In this document: positions 57,401 through 64,000 of the stretch, in pieces
How positions within the stretch are numbered: position 1 is the first letter of the stretch
Layout: every line of letters starts with the position of its first letter
NCBI RefSeq assembly: GCF_013149785.1
Contig: NZ_JABEZU010000001.1
Location: forward strand, 992,001-1,056,000
Reading direction: 5' to 3'
DNA: 64,000 nucleotides
From: Isoptericola halotolerans
GTDB lineage: Bacteria > Actinomycetota > Actinomycetes > Actinomycetales > Cellulomonadaceae
Program-made: the position numbers and the translations under genes
The notes under the pieces: model-generated
Databases searched by the model: none
What the model was told of the DNA's origin: nothing
What the model saw: only the letters and a program-made list of their open reading frames with translations

Positions 57401-57969
57401 GCCGGTGGCCGGAGCTCGCCCTGCCGGAGGGGTGGCCGGGCCGGCAGCTGCGCCGGCGCGCCGAGGAGATGGTCGCGCGGCTGGCCGAGTACTACCGGGA
57501 CGCCGGGGACCCGGTGCTCGTCGAGCCGTCGTTCGACCTGACGGTGGGGCGTGCCCGGCTGCGCGGGAAGGTCGACCGGGTCGAGGCGGACGGTGAGGAC
57601 GCGGTCACCGTCGTCGACCTCAAGACCGGTCGCAGCGCGCCGTCCAAGGACAAGGCGGCGGAGAACCCGCAGCTCGGCGCGTACCAGCTCGCTGTGGAGG
57701 GAGGTGCGCTCGACCTGCCGGAGGGCACCCGGAGCGCCGGCGCGCGGCTGGTGTTCGTCGGTACTCCGACCAAGGGGCCGTCGTTGCGGGGCCAGGAGGC
57801 GCTGGAGCCCGGGGCGGACGGCTCCAGCTGGGCGCGCAGCCTGGTGGAGCAGGCGGCCGACACGATGGCTGCCTCGGCCTTCACCGCCCGCGAGAACGAC
57901 CTGTGCGGCATGTGCCCCGTGCGCCGCAGCTGCCCCGTGCAGACCGAGGGACGGAGCGTGATCTCGTGA
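54469..57969 (+). CDS. adnA: AdnA-like ATP-dependent helicase/nuclease subunit (alternative start 54439)
   Basis: GAPGTGKT, degenerate Walker B VVDDHQE, C-terminal PD-(D/E)XK (DRVE..VDLKTG, QLGAY) and Cys cluster C..CGMCPVRRSC. Confidence 0.88.
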   Translation: MTASAPVRLVPPAPAQNAAGAGLVLDETQEAAVVAALRGAATLVVGAPGTGKTTVAREVAVRAIVDSVEPSRVLVLAATRRSAARLRDEVAAGAGRTIGAPMVRTAASAAFSVLRTRAAALGEPPPTLVSGPEQDLVLAELLAGHLAGEGTPLALPEGLPEESLGLRGLRQELRDLLMRAAERGLTPVDLDELGRRHERPEWALAARLYEEYLDVTALRLGTPDAGARYDPAVVVDEAAHALATWDVPGTAAPTWDLVVVDDHQESTVATARLLGTLHDAGARLVLLADPDAAVQGFRGAAPVLVGRAAARRGEVGAFDATTVVLGTAWRQPERLREVTQAITSRVAAVSGALHRGASPRPGPAPDGDPPATDGGTGSEALAADAAPPDLDAQVHVAVLAGTAQEAAYIARELRAEHLLRGTPWERMAVVARSGDRLAALRRDLVAASVPVALIGSDVPLRDEPAVVPLLAALRVCAAPVGLDRMLAELRSVAPTAHHDAEAGDDATDGPVDGVAHPDPEPVLDAPLPGAGRLPALDAQTAALLLTSPVGGLDAVSLRRLRRALRSEELSGGGGRSSDALLVDVLGDPARAATLPAPVRRGPAAVARVLAAGREAAAVDGATAQTVLWSVWAATGLADRWRDAALSGGPAGARADRDLDAVLALFRAAETYVERMPGAPVAAFVDYVAAQDLPADSLAAAATGARAVEALTPAGAAGREWDVVVVAGVQDGVWPDLRLRDSLLGSQALVELLAGRAQDAHGVGKEARAQVLADELRAFVVAVSRARQRLLVTAVEDAEDSPSVFCDLVSPRGEGETDGPDPRRVPVGPPLDLRGVVAAARAELVRSATARLAAGAGRPPGVAEVSSQEDGKMPDPRVQTAAALLARLADAGVPEADPRTWYGVAQASSAEPLWGPNDEVVVSPSKVDTVTTCALRWVFESAGGTAPDATHQTLGTLVHSIAEDHPSASLGVLRAELDRRWPELALPEGWPGRQLRRRAEEMVARLAEYYRDAGDPVLVEPSFDLTVGRARLRGKVDRVEADGEDAVTVVDLKTGRSAPSKDKAAENPQLGAYQLAVEGGALDLPEGTRSAGARLVFVGTPTKGPSLRGQEALEPGADGSSWARSLVEQAADTMAASAFTARENDLCGMCPVRRSCPVQTEGRSVIS

Positions 57970-60900
57970 CCACCCCGCACGTGCCCGAGCCGGGGCCTCG
58001 CGGCGACGCCGCGGAGCTCGCCGGCGTCGACTGGGCGGCCCTCGGTGCCGAGCACCGGAGCGTCGCGCTGGGCTTCCCCGAGCTGGACGGCCCCGACGGC
58101 CCCGTGCCGGGAGGACCGCCCACCACCGGGACGAGCTCCCCGGTGCCGCGGGTCTCCGCCCGGGACATCGCCGGCCTGCTCGGCCGCCCGTCGCCGACGG
58201 ACGAGCAGGTCGCCGTCATCGAGGCGCCGCTCGAGCCGGTGCTCGTGGTCGCCGGTGCCGGGTCGGGCAAGACCGAGACCATGGCGGCGCGCGTCGTCTG
58301 GCTGATCGCCAACGGCCTCGTCGAGCCGGAGGAGGTCCTCGGGCTGACGTTCACCCGCAAGGCCGCCGGGGAGCTCTCGTCGCGCGTGCAGTCGCGGCTC
58401 GGTCAGCTCGCCCGCGCCCAGGGCAGGACGGCGGGCGACCTGGACCTCCTGTCCCGGCCCACCATCGCCACGTACAACGCGTATGCCGCCTCGCTCGTCG
58501 CGGACCACGGGCTGCGGCTCGGCGTCGAGCCCGGCTCCCGGCTCCTCGGGGAGGCCAACCAGTGGCAGCTGGCCGCGGAGGTCGTCGAGTCCTGGGACGG
58601 CGACCTCGGCACGGACAAGGCCGTGAGCACGGTGGTCGGCGCCGTGCTGTCGCTGTCCGGCGCGCTCGGCGAGCACCTGCTCGACGTGGAGTCGGCGCGC
58701 ACCGCGCTGGACGACGTCGTGGAACGGCTGGACTCGTTGCCGCTCGGCCCGCGCCAGCGAGCACGGACGAAGGACGTCGACCAGCTCATCGCCTCGCTGG
58801 CCGAGCGGTCGCGGCTGCTGGGGCTGGTGGCCGAGTACCGGCGGCGCAAGCGGCACAGCGACTCGCTGGACTTCGGCGACCAGGTCGCGCTCGCCGCGGA
58901 GCTCGCCCGCACGGTCCCGGCCGTGGGGACGGCCGAGCGAGCGCGGTACCGGGTGGTGCTCCTCGACGAGTACCAGGACACGTCGTTCGCGCAGGTGGAG
59001 CTCCTGGGCGGACTCTTCCGGGGCGGCCACGCGGTCACCGCCGTGGGGGACCCGCACCAGTCGATCTACGGCTGGCGCGGTGCCTCCGCGTCCGGCCTGG
59101 CGCGCTTTCCGCAGCGGTTCTCCCGCGCGGACGGCGGGGACGCGTCGGTGCGCTACCTCAGCACGTCGTGGCGCAACGACGCGGCCGTCCTCGCCGCCGC
59201 GAACGTCGCCTCGGGTCCGCTCCGCGCGGACGGCGGGTCGACGACGACGACGGTCCAGGTCCCGCCGCTGCACCTGCGGCCGGGTGCCGGGGACGGCTCG
59301 GTGACGGCGCACGTGGCGACCACCCTGGAGGAGGAGGCGGAGGCCGTCGCCGACTTCGTCGCTGCCCGGTGGCGTCGCGCCACCCGGCCCGACGCCTCCG
59401 ACCGGGTGACCGCCGCGGTGCTGTGCCGGGCACGCTCGCAGTTCGCGGCGCTCGAGACGGCGCTGCGTCGCCGCGGCCTGCCGGTGGAGGTCGTCGGGCT
59501 CGGCGGGCTGCTCACCACACCCGAGGTCGTCGACGTCGTCGCGCTGCTGGAGGCCGTGCACGACCCGTCCCGCGGGGACTCGCTGCTGCGCCTCCTCACC
59601 GGGCCCCGGGTGAACCTCGGTGCCGCCGATCTGCACGCGCTGGGCTCGTGGGCGGCCGATCTCGCCCGACGGGACGCGCCGCTCAGGCGGTCGTCCGTCG
59701 ACGCCGGTGCGGTGGAGGACGGCTCGGAGGAACCATCGGTCGTCGTCGAGGGCGACGTCGTCGACCACCGTTCCATCGTCGACGCGCTCGACGACCTGCC
59801 TGGACCGGGGCGTCCGGCCCGGGACGGCCGCGTCCTGACCGTCGACGGCCACACCCGGCTGACCGCGCTCGCCCGGCTGCTGCGTGAGCTGCGGTCCCTG
59901 ACCTACCTGTCGCTGCCCGAGCTCGTCGTCACCGCGGAGCGTGCGCTGGGTCTCGACGTCGAGGTCGCCACCGCGGAGGTGCTCGCGAGCACGGTCGACG
60001 CCGGGCCGGGCGGTGCGCCGGCCGCCGAGGGGATCAGCCGGCGCGGCCGCGAGCACCTCGACGCCTTCCGCGACGTCGCCGCGAGCTTCGCCCAGTCGGC
60101 CGACGTCGCCACTCTCGGGGCGTTCCTCGCCTGGCTGGGCGTGGCCGACGACCAGGAACGCGGCCTGGACATGCCCGTGCGCGAACCCGACCCGGACGCC
60201 GTCCAGGTCATCACCGCGCATGCTGCCAAGGGCCTGGAGTGGGACGTCGTGGCGGTGCCGGGTCTGGTCGACGGGGTCTTCCCCACCCAGGCCGAGACGT
60301 CCAAGGGGCGCACGAGCAGCGGTTGGCTGACCGGCCTGGGGGAGCTGCCGTACCACCTGCGGGGGGACGCCGACGACCTGCCGTCCTTCCGCTTCGACGC
60401 CGCCGCCGACACCAAGGACCTCCTCGTCCGGCGCGACGAGTTCAAGCTGGGCTGCGGTGCGCACCAGCTCGCGGAGGAGCGGCGCCTCGCCTACGTCGCC
60501 TTCACGCGCGCCCGGCGTGAGCTGTTGTGCACGGCGTACTGGTGGGGGACGGGCTCGCGCCCCCGACAGGTCTCGCCGTTCCTGTCCGAGCTGGCCGAGG
60601 CCGGGCTCGTCGACGCCGCGGGCTGGGTACCCGCGCCCGTCGATGAGGCCTCCAACCCGCGTGACGAGATCGAGCGGACGGACGTGTGGCCCGTGAAGGA
60701 GCCGGTGCCCGACGCCGGTGCCCCGGGTGACGGGTCCCCGGGCGGGGACCAGCCACGAGGAGCGACCCCGCGGGAGGTGCTGCGGGAGACCGCGGCGAGA
60801 GTGAGCGACGCCGCTCGGGCGGCTGCCGTGCCTGCGGACGGCGTCCTGCTCGACGAGGCCGAGCACGACCTGGTCCAGCTCGCCGACCTCCTTCTCGCCG

Positions 60901-61550
60901 AGCGGGGGGTGCGCGACGAACCGTCCGTGGAGATGCCCGCGCACGTCTCGGCCTCGGGCCTCGTGCGTCTCGCCCGGGATCGCGACGAGTTCGCGCGCCA
61001 GCTGCGCCGCCCGGTCCCGAACGAGCCGACGGTGCACGCCCGCCGGGGCACGCTGTTCCACGCCTGGGTCGAGCAGTTCTACTCCTCGGCCTCCCTCCTG
61101 GACGTCGAGGATCTGCCGGGGGCGGACGAGCTCGACGTCGCGACGGACCTGGCGCTGGAGGACCTGCGCACCCGCTTCGAGCAGACACCGTGGGCAGCGC
61201 TCACACCCGTCGCCGTGGAGCAGGACGTCGAGACGCCCGTGGCCGGGGTGATGGTGCGCTCACGGATGGACGCCGTGTTCGTCGACCCCGAGGCGCCGCC
61301 GCCCGCGCCGGGCGAGCCGCCTGCCGTCGTCGTCGTCGACTGGAAGACGGGGCGAGAGCCCCGAGACCCGGACGACCGCGCTCAGCGGGAGGTGCAGCTC
61401 GCCGCCTACCGCCTCGCCTGGGCCAGGTGGTCCGGTCTGCCCGTGGAGAAGGTGAGTGCCGCGTTCGTGTACGTCGCCTCCGGGACGACGGTGCGGCCGG
61501 CAGAGCTGCTCGACGAGGAGGGCCTGGAGGCCCTGGTGCGCGGGCACTGA
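57966..61550 (+). CDS. adnB: AdnB-like ATP-dependent helicase/nuclease subunit
   Basis: AGAGSGKT, LTFTRKAA, DEYQD, GDPHQSIYGWRGA, HAAKGLEW, EERRLAYVAFTRAR, VDWKTG..QLAAY; GTGA overlap with adnA. Confidence 0.9.
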   Translation: MTTPHVPEPGPRGDAAELAGVDWAALGAEHRSVALGFPELDGPDGPVPGGPPTTGTSSPVPRVSARDIAGLLGRPSPTDEQVAVIEAPLEPVLVVAGAGSGKTETMAARVVWLIANGLVEPEEVLGLTFTRKAAGELSSRVQSRLGQLARAQGRTAGDLDLLSRPTIATYNAYAASLVADHGLRLGVEPGSRLLGEANQWQLAAEVVESWDGDLGTDKAVSTVVGAVLSLSGALGEHLLDVESARTALDDVVERLDSLPLGPRQRARTKDVDQLIASLAERSRLLGLVAEYRRRKRHSDSLDFGDQVALAAELARTVPAVGTAERARYRVVLLDEYQDTSFAQVELLGGLFRGGHAVTAVGDPHQSIYGWRGASASGLARFPQRFSRADGGDASVRYLSTSWRNDAAVLAAANVASGPLRADGGSTTTTVQVPPLHLRPGAGDGSVTAHVATTLEEEAEAVADFVAARWRRATRPDASDRVTAAVLCRARSQFAALETALRRRGLPVEVVGLGGLLTTPEVVDVVALLEAVHDPSRGDSLLRLLTGPRVNLGAADLHALGSWAADLARRDAPLRRSSVDAGAVEDGSEEPSVVVEGDVVDHRSIVDALDDLPGPGRPARDGRVLTVDGHTRLTALARLLRELRSLTYLSLPELVVTAERALGLDVEVATAEVLASTVDAGPGGAPAAEGISRRGREHLDAFRDVAASFAQSADVATLGAFLAWLGVADDQERGLDMPVREPDPDAVQVITAHAAKGLEWDVVAVPGLVDGVFPTQAETSKGRTSSGWLTGLGELPYHLRGDADDLPSFRFDAAADTKDLLVRRDEFKLGCGAHQLAEERRLAYVAFTRARRELLCTAYWWGTGSRPRQVSPFLSELAEAGLVDAAGWVPAPVDEASNPRDEIERTDVWPVKEPVPDAGAPGDGSPGGDQPRGATPREVLRETAARVSDAARAAAVPADGVLLDEAEHDLVQLADLLLAERGVRDEPSVEMPAHVSASGLVRLARDRDEFARQLRRPVPNEPTVHARRGTLFHAWVEQFYSSASLLDVEDLPGADELDVATDLALEDLRTRFEQTPWAALTPVAVEQDVETPVAGVMVRSRMDAVFVDPEAPPPAPGEPPAVVVVDWKTGREPRDPDDRAQREVQLAAYRLAWARWSGLPVEKVSAAFVYVASGTTVRPAELLDEEGLEALVRGH

Positions 61551-61563
61551 GGGGGGCAGGCGG

Positions 61564-61759
61564 TGCACCTCCGCCTCAGGCGGTGCTGAGCCGCCTGAGG
61601 CTGCGGTTCCGCTGCGCGCGAGTGCCTCGTTCCTCGGCCCTCACGCTGCGCTGCACCTCCGCCTCAGGCGGTGCTGAGCCGCCTGAGGCTGCGGTTCCGC
61701 TACGCGCGAGTGCCTCGTTCCTCGGCCCTCACGCTGCGCTGCACCTCCGCCTCAGGCGG
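61564..61759. repeat. 88-nt tandem repeat (2 full copies + 20-nt partial) with internal hairpins
   Basis: Units start at 61564, 61652 and 61740; one substitution between the full copies; internal stem cctcaggcgg/ccgcctgagg. Confidence 0.92.
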
Positions 61760-62675
61760 GGGTGTCCTCGCGGGTGGCCTCGTCCAGGTCCGCCAGCATC
61801 GACTCGGCGTCGGCCACGACGTCGGGCAGCCGGCGGCGCACGCCGTGCAGGAGCCAGCGGGCCAGCGCGAGCTCGCTGACCAGGAGCGCGCGGTCCACGA
61901 GACGGGGGTCGGTGAGCTCGGTGCGGCGCAGCTGGTAGGCCTCCATGATCGCGTCCACGCACTCCGGAGGAGCGGCGGCGAGGAGCCATGCCAGGTCGTC
62001 GGCGGGGTCGGCGACGCGGGCGTCCGCCCACCCGCTGATGCTGGTCACCCGCTGACCGGTCACGAGCACCTGGTCGGGTGCGAGGTCGCCGTGCACCACC
62101 ACGGGCTGGAAGCGCCACAGGCTCACGTCCTCCAGCGCCGTCTCCCACCGACGCAGCAGGTCACGGGGGACGCGACGGGTCGCGGCGGCCTCGTCGAGCT
62201 CCACGAGCCGGCGCTCCCGGTACTCGGCCGAGGTGTACGACGGCATCCCGCACGCCTCGACGAGCGCGGTCGGCAGCTCGTGGACGGCGGCGAGGGTCCG
62301 GCCGAGGTCAGCCGCCAGGCCGGGGCCAGGGTGCAGCGCCGAGACGTCGAGCGGCGCACCGCCGAGCCGCTGGTGGACGACGGCGCGGCCTCCCTCGGGC
62401 AGCAGGGCCGAGCCGGCGATGCGCGGCACGGCGAACGGCAGCACACCGGCGTCGACGTAGAGGTGCAGCGCCTCGAGGAGCTCGATCTCGGCCTCGAGGG
62501 CAGCCCCGGCCAGAGCCGTCGTCGGTGCGCGGACCATCCACTCGTCGCCGGTGCCCGCCGTCACGACGGCGACGTCGTAGTCGCCGGGCACGTCCTCGTG
62601 CCGCACGGTCCGGGCGTCGAGGCCGGGGACGGCGGCCGTCGACAACGCGGCGAGGGCGAGCTGGCTGCGGGGCAC
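61752..62675 (-). CDS. APH-fold phosphotransferase family protein
   Basis: VRAP, VHGDLAPDQVL, GWADARVADPADDLAW. Confidence 0.85.
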   Translation of the reverse strand: MPRSQLALAALSTAAVPGLDARTVRHEDVPGDYDVAVVTAGTGDEWMVRAPTTALAGAALEAEIELLEALHLYVDAGVLPFAVPRIAGSALLPEGGRAVVHQRLGGAPLDVSALHPGPGLAADLGRTLAAVHELPTALVEACGMPSYTSAEYRERRLVELDEAAATRRVPRDLLRRWETALEDVSLWRFQPVVVHGDLAPDQVLVTGQRVTSISGWADARVADPADDLAWLLAAAPPECVDAIMEAYQLRRTELTDPRLVDRALLVSELALARWLLHGVRRRLPDVVADAESMLADLDEATREDTPA

Positions 62676-62749
62676 CTGCCCACCGTAGTGCGGTCACCTG
62701 CCCGGGCCGGGCTGCGCGACCGGGCGTGTCCTGGCGTACGGTCGCTGCC

Positions 62750-63700
62750 GTGCACCCCCTCGAGCTCCCGTTCTCCCGCGCCGGACACGATCGCGCGGCC
62801 CACCGCCGGGCCGAGCCGGACCTCGTGGAGCGGCTGCGCGCCGACCCGCGCACCCGGGTGCTGGTGCTGCGGGGTGGCCGCCTCGCCGTCGTCGGGCAGG
62901 AGCCGCAGCGTGTCGCCCTGCTGCCGGCCGACGAGCCGGCCCGCGGTGCCGACGGGTCGTGGGCGTTCCTCGGCGAGGCGGACGGGGCCTCCTACCTCTC
63001 CCTCGTCCTGCCCGACGGCGACGAGGGGCCGCCGCAGGGAGCCGACGGGTGGGCAGGTCTGCGGCAGGTCGTGCTCGGGCAGTCCGCCGCTCTCGCGGCG
63101 GCGGAGCCGGACGTGGTGCTGGTCCACGGGCTCTCGGTGGCGGCCGTCGCGCTGGCGGGATGGCACGCCACCCACCGCAGGTGCGGGCGCTGCGGGGCCG
63201 AGACGACCGTCGTCCAGGCGGGCTGGGCACGGCGCTGCGCCGTCGACGACCGGGAGACGTACCCGCGCACGGACCCGGCGGTGATCATGGCCGTGGTGGA
63301 CGACGCCGACAGGCTGCTGCTCGGGCATGCCGCCACCTGGCCGACGGGGCGGTTCTCGACGCTCGCCGGGTTCGTCGAGGCCGGCGAGGCGCCCGAGGAC
63401 TCGGTGCGACGCGAGGTGGCGGAGGAGACCGGGGTGATGGTGGGCACGGCGCCCGGCGACGTCGTCTACCGGGGCAGCCAGGCGTGGCCGTTCCCGTCCT
63501 CCCTCATGCTCGGCTTCCGGGCACGGGCGGTGTCGACGGCGGTGCAGACCGACGACGAGGAGGTCACCGACGCGCGGTGGTTCACGCGGGACGACCTGCT
63601 CGCCGAGGTCACCTCGGGGGCTGTCGGCCTGCCGGGGCGGCACTCGATCGCTCGTGCCCTGATCGAGGAGTGGTACGGCGCGGAGCTGCCGGTCGTCTGA
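62750..63700 (+). CDS. nudC: NADH pyrophosphatase
   Basis: CGRCG, YPRTDPAVI, GFVEAGE...RREVAEETG Nudix box, SQAWPFPSSLM. Confidence 0.93.
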   Translation: MHPLELPFSRAGHDRAAHRRAEPDLVERLRADPRTRVLVLRGGRLAVVGQEPQRVALLPADEPARGADGSWAFLGEADGASYLSLVLPDGDEGPPQGADGWAGLRQVVLGQSAALAAAEPDVVLVHGLSVAAVALAGWHATHRRCGRCGAETTVVQAGWARRCAVDDRETYPRTDPAVIMAVVDDADRLLLGHAATWPTGRFSTLAGFVEAGEAPEDSVRREVAEETGVMVGTAPGDVVYRGSQAWPFPSSLMLGFRARAVSTAVQTDDEEVTDARWFTRDDLLAEVTSGAVGLPGRHSIARALIEEWYGAELPVV

Positions 63701-63708
63701 GGGCCGGC

Positions 63709-63975
63709 TCAGCGCGCCAGCGCCGCCTGGACGTCCGCGAGGGACGGGTTCGTGGCGGCCGAACCGTCCGGGTAGACGACGGTCGGCACGGTCCGGTTGC
63801 CGCCGTTGACCTGCTCGACGTACTCGGCAGTCTCCGGCTGCTCCTCGATGTCGATCACCGTGTAGCCGATGCCGACGGAGCCGAGCTGGGTGCGCAGCCG
63901 GCGGCAGTACCCGCACCAGGCGGTCGAGTACATGGTGACGGTGCCGTGGTCCGGCAGAGCGGGGCGGGCGGTCAT
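63709..63975 (-). CDS. Mycoredoxin / glutaredoxin-like protein
   Basis: TMYSTAWCGYCRRL, GGNRTVPTV, TNPS; conserved position next to nudC. Confidence 0.9.
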   Translation of the reverse strand: MTARPALPDHGTVTMYSTAWCGYCRRLRTQLGSVGIGYTVIDIEEQPETAEYVEQVNGGNRTVPTVVYPDGSAATNPSLADVQAALAR

Positions 63976-64000
63976 CGAGGTCTCCTGTGGACGGCGGGGT

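Noticed and set aside
57200..57969. Cas4 or novel defence nuclease (PD-(D/E)XK with Cys cluster)
   Set aside because: It is the normal C-terminal nuclease of AdnA in the conserved adnAB-nudC-mycoredoxin block
61564..61759. CRISPR array
   Set aside because: Units are full 88-nt duplicates with no unique spacers, and there are no cas genes in the window
61752..62675. Acquired macrolide/aminoglycoside resistance gene
   Set aside because: APH fold only; sits in a housekeeping context and the usual second Asp motif appears altered (ISGW); substrate cannot be inferred
1..64000. tRNA, rRNA, prophage or integrase genes
   Set aside because: None recognised by eye; tRNAscan/Infernal not run

Overview
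High-GC actinobacterial chromosomal window, probably Micrococcales (Promicromonosporaceae/Cellulomonadaceae-like; inferred from gene content only). 1-26.4 kb is an L-arabinose/arabinan/arabinoxylan utilisation region: araA fragment, two LacI regulators with two distinct operator motifs, a YtfQRT-YjfF-like sugar ABC transporter plus an extra ATPase, three GH43 enzymes, a GH51 and an oligosaccharide ABC transporter. It is interrupted by a carboxylesterase, a DUF2637/Spd-like orphan and a multi-CBM alpha-amylase. Next come a ZMP/ZTP riboswitch-glyA-folD unit, ppk2, xth, a duplicated Na+/Pi symporter + small coiled-coil module with an orphan PstS and a PHO box, galK, and a betT-betB-choline oxidase operon. 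The right end is a conserved core block (mrp, pepP, PHP, MarC, DEAD helicase, ferritin-like, DUF3107, adnAB, phosphotransferase, nudC, mycoredoxin). The most striking non-standard signals are: (i) a solo AbiEi-like/DUF559(Vsr)-type nuclease gene bracketed by two ~60-nt covarying perfect hairpins, a candidate REP-associated mobile unit; (ii) a second hairpin family bracketing a GH43 gene; (iii) the duplicated phosphate module; (iv) an 88-nt tandem structured repeat. All product calls are from motif recognition by eye; no database searches were run.
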